DNA from: Natrialbaceae archaeon | GTDB taxonomy: Archaea > Halobacteriota > Halobacteria > Halobacteriales > Natrialbaceae | NCBI GenBank assembly: GCA_003552885.1 | Contig: PUPA01000169.1 | Span: 1-34,359 of the forward strand | DNA length: 34,359 nucleotides | Direction: 5' to 3' | Shown here: positions 6,949 through 14,197 of the stretch, piece after piece | Layout: each line of letters starts with the position of its first letter | How positions within the stretch are numbered: position 1 is the first letter of the stretch | The notes under the pieces: generated by a model | Told to the model about the DNA's origin: nothing | Database searches by the model: none | Seen by the model: only the letters and a program-made list of their open reading frames with translations | Program-made: the position numbers and the translations under genes

Positions 6949-8451
6949 CTACGACTCCCGGAGCCGACCGCCGCCGAGTCCCTCCCACTCGACGTGGTAA
7001 CCCAGCCGCGAGAGGACGGCACTCGTCTCGGCTACCCCGACCTCCTCGAGGATCGCCTCGGCCTCCGCGAGGCTCATGCCGGCCTCGAGTGTCGCGCCGA
7101 GGGTGTCGAGCAGCGCCGGACGGATCAGCGTCCGGCCGACGCGCTCGTGGTCCGGAAAGCGGACGTCCGCGAGGGCGTCCTCGCTGACGCCGTGGCGGTC
7201 GGCGAGCGCCACGAGGGCCACGGCGTCGGCCGCCGGCGTCAGCTCTTCGGGGAGGGTTTCGGCGTCGGCGGCGACCAGCTCCCGTTCGTACTCCCGGAGC
7301 ACCGCGGCGACGTCTTTGAGCCGGACGGTCCCGCTGTAGGGGATCGCGCGGGCGTCCCGGGCCTCGATCTCCTCGCCGACGCCCAGGGAGTCGTCGACGG
7401 CCACGAGCATGTCGACGTCCTCGAGTCCCTCGAGCTGGGCGAGTTTCTTCTCGACGTACTCGGGGGTCCAAAACCCCATGATCTCGAAGTAGATCCGGAA
7501 CGGAGCGTGCTCGTAGTCGAAGGCGAAATCGGGGATCATCACCCGCGTCCCCGTCGACAGCGCCTCGGGCTCGCGGACGAGCTCCCAGGGGAGGGCGAGG
7601 CTCTCGAACCGGCCGGCGAACTCCGCCTCGACGGCGCTGTCGAAGGTCACCTCGGCGACGGGGTCGGCGTCCGGCACCCGGAGCGGATCGGCGTCGCTCA
7701 GCGTCAGCGTCCGTTCGGTTCCCCGGTCGTCGACCGTCGCCTCTAGGTGCCACTCCGTGGCGGCCGCGACCGTCCGGAGCAGCCGCGCGAACCGGGTGCC
7801 GTACCGTCGACTCGCACGGAACAGCCGGGTCGGCCCGGTGACCACTACCTCGCGTCCCTCCGGCGTCTTCCGGATCTCGTACATCAGGCGGAGCCGTTTG
7901 ACCGCCGAGATCAGCTCCCGGGGTTCCGTCGATCGGACGCGGACCTCCGTGGCGTCGAACAGCGCCGTCTGGGCCAGCGAGAGGTTGTACTGGGCGACCA
8001 GCCCGTCGGGATCCCACGGCGGATCGACCGCAGCCAGCAGCTGCCGGCTGTCGCGGTCGGCGTACAGCGACCGGGCGAGCGCGTCGGGAGAGACCCCGAG
8101 GGCGTCCCCGGCGCGGGCGAGAGCCCGCTCCCGGTCCGCCTCGGTGACGACGCCGACGGCTTCTGCGGCCTCGAAGGCGGCCCGTCGGGCCCGGCGGGGC
8201 TCGACCGCCGCGTGGGTCTCGAACGTCGACTCCCGGTCGAGCAGCGCCGTGAACCCCCGGACGAGTTTGTAGTCCCCGGCCTCCCGTTCGAGGTCCTCTA
8301 AAGCGGAATCGAGGCGCTCGAGGGGTTCGCCGACGTGGCCCTGGAAGGTTCCGATCACGCGGGCGGCCAGCGGGCGGTGCTCCCTGCCGGCGAACCGGGG
8401 CCGGTAGCCGCCGCCGGCGCGGGAGATCCGAAGCAGGTCCTTCCGCAGCAT
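6949..8451 (-). CDS. bax1: Bax1 (DUF790) family endonuclease, the usual partner of the XPB helicase
   Basis: The start is set at ATG 8451 ('MLRKDLLRISRAGGGYRPRF', a typical DUF790 N-terminus), giving 500 aa. 'IPDFAF......FEIMGFWTPEYVEKK' is a PD-(D/E)xK-like nuclease core. The ORF-track extension up to 9171 is Arg-rich and antisense to the next gene. Confidence 0.75.
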   Translation of the reverse strand: MLRKDLLRISRAGGGYRPRFAGREHRPLAARVIGTFQGHVGEPLERLDSALEDLEREAGDYKLVRGFTALLDRESTFETHAAVEPRRARRAAFEAAEAVGVVTEADRERALARAGDALGVSPDALARSLYADRDSRQLLAAVDPPWDPDGLVAQYNLSLAQTALFDATEVRVRSTEPRELISAVKRLRLMYEIRKTPEGREVVVTGPTRLFRASRRYGTRFARLLRTVAAATEWHLEATVDDRGTERTLTLSDADPLRVPDADPVAEVTFDSAVEAEFAGRFESLALPWELVREPEALSTGTRVMIPDFAFDYEHAPFRIYFEIMGFWTPEYVEKKLAQLEGLEDVDMLVAVDDSLGVGEEIEARDARAIPYSGTVRLKDVAAVLREYERELVAADAETLPEELTPAADAVALVALADRHGVSEDALADVRFPDHERVGRTLIRPALLDTLGATLEAGMSLAEAEAILEEVGVAETSAVLSRLGYHVEWEGLGGGRLRES

Positions 8452-8514
8452 CCACCCGTTCTGGGAGCGACGGCGGTAAAAGTCGTCCGGACGGGAGGCA
8501 ACATCGTCCACGAG

Positions 8515-8589
8515 CCGCCCACGCGGTGGCGCCCACGAGCGGTCCACGCGACGGCGCTCACGAGTCGTCCACGCGGTGGCGCTCACAAA
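8515..8589. repeat. Three tandem 25-bp direct repeats abutting a TATA box
   Basis: Units at 8515-8539 'ccgcccacgcggtggcgcccacgag', 8540-8564 'cggtccacgcgacggcgctcacgag' and 8565-8589 'tcgtccacgcggtggcgctcacaaa'. A partial copy 'tcgtccacgag' lies at 8504-8514. Confidence 0.85.
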
Positions 8590-8590
8590 G

Positions 8591-8596
8591 TATATA
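8591..8596 (+). promoter_or_regulatory. TATA box of the aglF-like gene (leaderless transcript predicted)
   Basis: TATATA is preceded by AAAG and lies 27-32 nt upstream of the ATG at 8623. Confidence 0.65.
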
Positions 8597-8622
8597 CCGC
8601 GCCCGTGAGGACTCCACGAGAC

Positions 8623-9363
8623 ATGCAAGCCGTCGTGTTGGCCGCGGGCGAGGGAACCCGCCTCCGGCCGCTCACCGAGGAGAAGCCGAAGGCGCTCGTC
8701 GAGGTCGACGGAAAACCCCTCGTCGAGGACGTCTTCGACAACCTCCTGTCGATCGGCGTCACCGAACTGATAGTCGTCGTCGGCTACATGAAAGAGCGGA
8801 TCATCGAACGGTACGGCGACAGCTACGACGGCGTCCCGATCACCTACGCCCACCAGCGCGAGCAGCTGGGGCTGGCCCACGCGATCCTCCAGGCCGAACC
8901 CCACGTCGACGAGGAGTTCGTGCTCATGCTCGGGGACAACGTGTTCCGGGCGAACCTCGGGGACGTGATCAACCGCCAGAACGAACAGCGCGCCGACGCC
9001 GCCTTCCTCGTCGAGGAGGTCCCCTGGGAGGAGGCCTCCCGGTACGGCGTCCTCGACACCAACGAGTACGGCGAGGTGATCGAGGTGATGGAGAAACCCG
9101 ACGATCCACCGTCGAACCTCGTGATGACCGGCTTCTACACGTTCACGCCCGCGATCTTCCACGCCTGTCACCTCGTCCAGCCCTCCGACCGCGGGGAGTA
9201 CGAGCTCCCCGACGCGATCGACCTGCTGATCCAGTCCGGACGAACGATCGACGCGATCCGGATGGACGGCTGGCGGATCGACGTCGGCTACCCCGAGGAC
9301 CGCGAGCGCGCCGAGGAGCGGCTGGCGCGGGGCGAAGACGGGACGGTCGTAGCCGGCCGGTAG
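8623..9363 (+). CDS. aglF: Sugar-1-phosphate nucleotidyltransferase (glucose-1-phosphate uridylyl/thymidylyltransferase, AglF-like)
   Basis: 246 aa. 'MQAVVLAAGEGTRLRPLTEEKPKALVEV' is the nucleotidyltransferase G-x-G-T-R-L signature, followed by 'YAHQREQLGLAHA'. The start is at ATG 8623, because upstream track residues are Arg-rich and overlap bax1. Confidence 0.85.
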   Translation: MQAVVLAAGEGTRLRPLTEEKPKALVEVDGKPLVEDVFDNLLSIGVTELIVVVGYMKERIIERYGDSYDGVPITYAHQREQLGLAHAILQAEPHVDEEFVLMLGDNVFRANLGDVINRQNEQRADAAFLVEEVPWEEASRYGVLDTNEYGEVIEVMEKPDDPPSNLVMTGFYTFTPAIFHACHLVQPSDRGEYELPDAIDLLIQSGRTIDAIRMDGWRIDVGYPEDRERAEERLARGEDGTVVAGR

Positions 9364-9367
9364 CTCG

Positions 9368-9480
9368 CCCCCGTCCGACTTCGATTACCACTACTCGACT
9401 CCGGACGACCACCCCCGTCCGACTTCGATTACCACTACTCGACTCCGGACGACCACCCCCGTCCGACCCCGGACGACCAC
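9368..9480. repeat. 44-bp tandem direct repeat, about 2.6 copies
   Basis: 9368-9411 and 9412-9455 are identical ('cccccgtccgacttcgattaccactactcgactccggacgacca'). The third copy (9456-9480) has an internal deletion of about 20 nt. Each unit can fold through GTCCG...CGGAC and TCGA...TCGA. Confidence 0.9.
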
Positions 9481-9538
9481 CCTCGTCGACCGTCCGCGAA
9501 CCCAAAACTGACTAACTGGCCGGCCACCACCTCGGGGT

Positions 9539-10813
9539 ATGTACGTCTCCATCGTCGGCAGCGGCTACGTCGGCACCACGGTCGCCGCCTGTCTGGCCGA
9601 CCTCGGACACGACGTCGTCAACGTCGAGATCGACGAGGACGTCGTCGACGCGATCAACGCGGGGGAGACCCCGATCCACGAGCCCGGGCTGGCCGAACGG
9701 ATCGCCGAGCACGCCGGCGACCGGCTGCGGGCGACGACCGACTACGACGCGGTCGTCGACACCGACCTCACGATGCTCTGTCTGCCGACCCCCGCCCGCG
9801 AGGACGGCTCGATCGACACCTCGATCGTCGAGGCCGGCGCCGAGGCGCTGGGCGAGGCGCTCGCCGACGTCGACTCCCACACGGTCGTCGTCAAGAGCAC
9901 GGTCGTCCCCGGAACGACCGCGGAGGTCGTCGCCCCGCTGGTTCGTGCCCACGCCGGCGACGCGATCGGTGTGGGGATGAACCCCGAGTTCCTCCGGGAG
10001 GGGTCGGCCGTCGACGACTTCCTCGATCCCGACAAGCTCGTCTTCGGTGCCGACGACGACGCCACGCTCGCGGCGCTGCGGGCGCTTTTCGAGCCGCTGA
10101 TCGAGCGTGTCGATCCGCCGGTCGTCGAAGTCAGCACCCGCGAGGCGGAGACGATCAAGTACGCCAACAACGCCTTCCTCGCGGCGAAGGTCAGCCTGAT
10201 CAACGACATCGGAAACGTCTGCAAGGAGTACGGCGTCGACGCCTACGCGGTCGCGGACGCGATCGGCCTCGACGATCGGATCGGCGACCGCTTCCTGCGG
10301 TCGGGGGTCGGCTGGGGTGGCTCGTGTTTCCCGAAGGACGTCCGGGCCATCGTCGCGGCCGCGAACGAAGCCGGCTACGAGCCGGCGATGCTGGAGGCGG
10401 CCGTCGAGGTGAACGACCGGCAGCCGGAGCGACTGATCGAACTGCTCGCAGACCACGTCGAGCTCGAGGGCGCGCGGATCGCGGTGCTCGGGCTCGCGTT
10501 CAAGCCGGGCACCGACGACGTCCGCAACTCGCGAGCGATCCCCGTGATCGAGGGGCTGCAGGCCCGCGGCGCCGACGTCGTGGGCTACGATCCCGTCGCC
10601 ACGGAGCGCATGCGCGAGCACGTGCCGGGGATCGAGTACGCCGACTCCGCCGAGGGGGCGCTCGCCGGCGCCGACGCCGCGGTCGTCGCCACCGACTGGC
10701 CGGAGTTCGACGACCTCGCGTTCGACGGGATGGCACGGCGGGTGCTCGTCGACGGCCGCCGGATCGACGTCGACGCCGACGCCCTCGAGGTCTACGAGGG
10801 ACTGACCTGGTGA
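9539..10813 (+). CDS. aglM: UDP-glucose 6-dehydrogenase (AglM-like nucleotide-sugar dehydrogenase)
   Basis: 424 aa. N-terminal Rossmann motif '[18 protein letters not shown]'. The catalytic region '[10 protein letters not shown]' carries the active-site Cys. The C-terminal UDP-binding domain shows '[15 protein letters not shown]'. Confidence 0.9.
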   Translation: MYVSIVGSGYVGTTVAACLADLGHDVVNVEIDEDVVDAINAGETPIHEPGLAERIAEHAGDRLRATTDYDAVVDTDLTMLCLPTPAREDGSIDTSIVEAGAEALGEALADVDSHTVVVKSTVVPGTTAEVVAPLVRAHAGDAIGVGMNPEFLREGSAVDDFLDPDKLVFGADDDATLAALRALFEPLIERVDPPVVEVSTREAETIKYANNAFLAAKVSLINDIGNVCKEYGVDAYAVADAIGLDDRIGDRFLRSGVGWGGSCFPKDVRAIVAAANEAGYEPAMLEAAVEVNDRQPERLIELLADHVELEGARIAVLGLAFKPGTDDVRNSRAIPVIEGLQARGADVVGYDPVATERMREHVPGIEYADSAEGALAGADAAVVATDWPEFDDLAFDGMARRVLVDGRRIDVDADALEVYEGLTW

Positions 10814-10882
10814 TCGGGCGGAGGGGATCGCCCCAGTGGTCGATCAGTATGCTTTTGCGCCGCGGGGGCAGATACCCCGCCG

Positions 10883-11884
10883 ATGGAAGAAGATGCGCTC
10901 CGTGAGATCCCGGACGGCCGTGGGAAGGTCCTCGCGATGACCGAGACGGAGCGCGAGGTCGACCCGGAGCAGGTCTGTATCCTGATCCCGACCCTCGAGG
11001 AGGCGGCGACGATCGGCGAGGTGATCGACGGGTTCTACGCGGAGGGGTATCCGAACGTGCTCGTCGTCGACGGCGACTCGGATGACGACACCCGCGAGAT
11101 CGCCCGCGAACGCGGCGCGGAGGTGCTCGTCCAGTCGGGGTCGGGTAAAGGCCAGGCCGTCCGGGAGGCAGTAGCGCGGATCGAGCTGCCGTACGTGTTG
11201 ATGGTCGACGGCGACGCCACCTACGATCCGGCCGACGCCGACCGGATGCTCGAGCCGCTCGCCCGCGGATACGAGCACGTGATCGGCAACCGGTTCGCCG
11301 AGATGGACGAGGACGCGATGCGCGCGCTCAACGGCTTCGGCAACCGACTGATAAATCGGGCGTTCGGGTTCGTCCACGGCGCAGACTTCGAGGACATCCT
11401 CTCGGGGTACCGGGCGTTTACGACCGACTCGTTTCGCCGGCTCTCACTGGACGCCGACGGCTTCACGATCGAGACCGAACTCGCCGTCGAGTGTGTGAAA
11501 AACGGCGTCGAGACGACGGTCGTCCCGATCGGCTACAGCGCCCGTCCGGAGGATTCGACGACGAACCTCCACCCGATCAAAGACGGGGGCACGATACTCC
11601 TCGCGCTGTACGCGCTGGCGAAGACGAACAACCCCCTGATCTACTTCGGGAGCGTCGGCACCGGTGCGATCCTCGCCGGCGGCGCCGTCGCCGCCTTCGT
11701 CCTCTACCGGTATCTCGTGGCGGGAATCAGCCACGAGGTGCTCGCGCTCGTCGCGGCCGCCGGGATCCTTCTGGGCGTCCAGCTGCTGATGTTCGGCGTG
11801 CTCTCGGACATGATCGTCACCCTCCACCGCGAGCAACGCCAGCGTCTGGAGCGGCTCAGAGACGACGTCGAACGGAAGCGGTGA
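10883..11884 (+). CDS. aglJ: GT2-family dolichyl-phosphate hexosyltransferase (AglJ-like) with C-terminal transmembrane anchor
   Basis: 333 aa. 'VCILIPTLEEAATIGEVIDGF', 'VVDGDSDDDTREIA' and 'MVDGDATYDP' are GT-A DxD-type motifs. Two C-terminal hydrophobic helices follow. An alternative ATG lies at 10937. The symbol is by resemblance only. Confidence 0.75.
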   Translation: MEEDALREIPDGRGKVLAMTETEREVDPEQVCILIPTLEEAATIGEVIDGFYAEGYPNVLVVDGDSDDDTREIARERGAEVLVQSGSGKGQAVREAVARIELPYVLMVDGDATYDPADADRMLEPLARGYEHVIGNRFAEMDEDAMRALNGFGNRLINRAFGFVHGADFEDILSGYRAFTTDSFRRLSLDADGFTIETELAVECVKNGVETTVVPIGYSARPEDSTTNLHPIKDGGTILLALYALAKTNNPLIYFGSVGTGAILAGGAVAAFVLYRYLVAGISHEVLALVAAAGILLGVQLLMFGVLSDMIVTLHREQRQRLERLRDDVERKR

Positions 11885-11895
11885 AGACGGGTACT

Positions 11896-11953
11896 GACTC
11901 ACCCGAGGAGCCGACGCTGGCGTGGACTCACCCGAGGAACCGACGCCGGCGTG
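11896..11953. repeat. 29-bp tandem duplication (27/29 identical) spanning the ppc stop codon
   Basis: Units at 11896-11924 'gactcacccgaggagccgacgctggcgtg' and 11925-11953 'gactcacccgaggaaccgacgccggcgtg'. Confidence 0.85.
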
Positions 11954-13406
11954 CCCCCCGTCGGATCCCCGACCGGACGGCCTCCTCGTCGCCGCGGTCG
12001 AAGGCGTCGATTACCTCGTCGGTCGCCTCCCGGTGACCGTCGTCGGGTTCGACGTCGACGAGTTCCAGGGGTGTCTCGAGCCGAGCGCGCTCGAGATCGA
12101 GCACGTCGGTACACCGTGGGTTGTAGTAGCGGGCGGCCTCCTGGAGGTGATCGAAGAAGGCCGGGAACGTCCCCTCGAGGAAGGTCACGTCGTCGTCGGT
12201 CAGCGCGTGGGCCCCGAGCAGCGTCGGTGGACAGCCGACGGCGTACAGCGAGGCGGTGTAGCCGATCGCCCGGGGGAGGGCGTTCTCGCCGACCTCCCGG
12301 GAGTAGCCGAAGAGCCCGACGTGGAGCTTCCGGGCCCGCCGGTCGGGGACGTACGCCGAGAGCCGGTTCACCGTCGGGGCGATGGCGTCGACCTGGTCGG
12401 CGTAGGCCGCGGCGGTCCGATCGACGACCTCCAGGGCGCGGTCCTCGTCGATCGGCTCGGGCGGCACGCCGAGCTCCGCCCGCTTGAGCCGGTCGATCCC
12501 CTCTCGAACCGTCTCGACGGGGTTGTCGTATTTGAACGCCGACTGGACGGTGAACGTCTCAACTTCCGGATAGGCTGCAGTCGTGGCGTCCGCCCGCTCG
12601 GGGGTCAGGTTCCCCCGGAACGGGGCCGACCCCGCACCCAGGATCGGGTGGACGTCGATCCCGACGTCGTCGGCCATCCGGTAGAGGCGCGCGAGTGCGA
12701 CCTTGTTGATCAGGTCCGCCGCGACAGAACCGTAGTTGAGTGCGGGATCCGAGCGGGCGAGAAACACGCGCACCGACTCCCGATCCTGGGCGGTCGCGTA
12801 CTCGCGGACGATCTCGTCGGCCCGGAGCATCGCCTCGCGCTCTTCGATCAGGGGGATGACGGCGATCTCCGCGGGCTCGAACGGGCCGACCCACTCCTCT
12901 ACGGTCCGGCCGTTCCAGACGCTCCGGGAGCCTTTGCCGGCGACGAACGACCGGTAGTACTCCTCGACGGCGTTGAGCTGGTCGGCGTCGGTGACCATCG
13001 GCACGATCACCTCGTGGATCGGTGAGACGGTCTCGAGGCCGTGTTCGTCCGAAAAGAGCGCCGCGGCGTCGTACGACCGGGGGATGCTCTCTAGGATCTC
13101 GAGGAGGATCTTCGCCTCCGACTCCTCGAGGGCCGGGTTCGGCCCCCTGATCGTCAGCCGGAACCCCTCTCCGAGCCGGCAGTCGGTGAAGTAGTCGTCG
13201 TACCGCGAGAGCAGCTTCTTCACGGCGTAGTTGTCGCCCTCTTTTCCCTCGAAGTCCCACATCCCCTCGTCACAGCCGAGATGCGAGGAGACGTAGTAGG
13301 CCTCCTGGATCTCGTCTTCGCCCTCGATGACCTCGCCGGCGGTAAAGAAGGGGAGCGTCGCGTTGTCCGGATGCTGGGTGCTCATCACCCGCGGGACGTC
13401 GGTCAT
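11928..13406 (-). CDS. ppcA: Archaeal-type phosphoenolpyruvate carboxylase
   Basis: 492 aa from ATG 13406 (the track start at 13433 is TTG). 'PRVMSTQHPDNA' and the overall length match archaeal PpcA as I recall it. Confidence 0.8.
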   Translation of the reverse strand: MTDVPRVMSTQHPDNATLPFFTAGEVIEGEDEIQEAYYVSSHLGCDEGMWDFEGKEGDNYAVKKLLSRYDDYFTDCRLGEGFRLTIRGPNPALEESEAKILLEILESIPRSYDAAALFSDEHGLETVSPIHEVIVPMVTDADQLNAVEEYYRSFVAGKGSRSVWNGRTVEEWVGPFEPAEIAVIPLIEEREAMLRADEIVREYATAQDRESVRVFLARSDPALNYGSVAADLINKVALARLYRMADDVGIDVHPILGAGSAPFRGNLTPERADATTAAYPEVETFTVQSAFKYDNPVETVREGIDRLKRAELGVPPEPIDEDRALEVVDRTAAAYADQVDAIAPTVNRLSAYVPDRRARKLHVGLFGYSREVGENALPRAIGYTASLYAVGCPPTLLGAHALTDDDVTFLEGTFPAFFDHLQEAARYYNPRCTDVLDLERARLETPLELVDVEPDDGHREATDEVIDAFDRGDEEAVRSGIRRGARRRRFLG

Positions 13407-13430
13407 GGTTCGAGGTCGACGCGCCGTGAA

Positions 13431-13438
13431 CAAAAAAG
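13431..13438 (-). promoter_or_regulatory. Oligo-T tract: likely nadM terminator and/or TATA-like element for leaderless ppcA
   Basis: The minus strand reads GCTTTTTTGTT. It begins 54 nt past the nadM stop and lies 26-31 nt upstream of the ppcA ATG. Confidence 0.45.
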
Positions 13439-13491
13439 CGCCCGCTAACGACGCAACGGTCGACGAGGCGACGGCTCGCCCGGTCCGTAGC

Positions 13492-14034
13492 TCACCGCAA
13501 GTCGCCGTTCGCGTCCGAGTCGGACACCATCGACAGACGCTCGATGCCGCCGATCTCGTCGACGACCTCGACGACCGGACCGGGGACGAGGCTCTCCCAG
13601 TCGCCGTCTTCGATCATCCGTTCGCGGACCTCGGTGCCCTCTAGCACCTCGCGGTTGAACATCGGCGACTGGCGGACCTCGACGCCGGCCTCTCGGAACA
13701 GCTGGATCACGAGCGGGTTGTTCGAGTAGGCGACCTCGAACTCCGGACACATACTCCGGACGTGGCTCACCCACACCGAGTTTCGTTCCAGGTCCTCGAT
13801 CGGGACGGCGTAGGTCACGAGCTCCGTCCCGTCGGTCCGCTCCCACTCGACCAGGGACTTCGTGATCATCATGATGCGCTCGCCCGCGGTGAACGGGTTG
13901 CGCTCGGTGTGTGAGTCGCCGGCGCTGCCGATCCCGAGGACGAGTTCGTCGACCTCGGTGGCGATCTCCTCGATCATCCTGAGGTGACCGTCGTGAAACG
14001 GCTGGAACCGGCCGATGTAGAACCCCCGGATCAT
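13492..14034 (-). CDS. nadM: Nicotinamide-nucleotide adenylyltransferase (archaeal NMNAT)
   Basis: 180 aa. 'GFYIGRFQPFHDGHLRMIE' is the (H/T)xGH nucleotidyltransferase motif. Size is typical of archaeal NMNAT. Confidence 0.88.
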   Translation of the reverse strand: MIRGFYIGRFQPFHDGHLRMIEEIATEVDELVLGIGSAGDSHTERNPFTAGERIMMITKSLVEWERTDGTELVTYAVPIEDLERNSVWVSHVRSMCPEFEVAYSNNPLVIQLFREAGVEVRQSPMFNREVLEGTEVRERMIEDGDWESLVPGPVVEVVDEIGGIERLSMVSDSDANGDLR

Positions 14035-14146
14035 GGCGGATACTCGGCCGTGGCGGTCTTAAGGGTGGCGAGGTCGATTTTCGGCCCGAAGTGGAGAATT
14101 CGAGGGCCTCAGCCCTCCTATCCATCTTCGGTCCGATCCTTCGAGG

Positions 14147-14158
14147 GAGAAAGTATAT
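14147..14158 (+). promoter_or_regulatory. BRE/TATA promoter of lonB
   Basis: GAGAAAGTATAT lies about 40 nt upstream of ATG 14198. Confidence 0.55.
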
Positions 14159-14197
14159 CAGTGCGAATCCCCTCGGTTGGAGTACCGAAACAGTTCT

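Noticed and set aside
8452-9171. N-terminal extensions of track ORFs: bax1 to 9171, trpB to 29880, hpt to 24519, etfA to 33478, aroA from 20293, aglF from 8335, and the MGMT-like gene from 28606.
   Set aside because: The extensions are Arg-rich or translate repeat DNA, and they overlap well-supported neighbouring genes. Internal ATGs coincide with canonical family N-termini and with TATA spacing or ATGA coupling.
8515-9480. Could the tandem repeats be a CRISPR array?
   Set aside because: The units are directly adjacent with no unique spacers. There are only 2-3 copies, the unit sequences differ between loci, and no cas genes are present.
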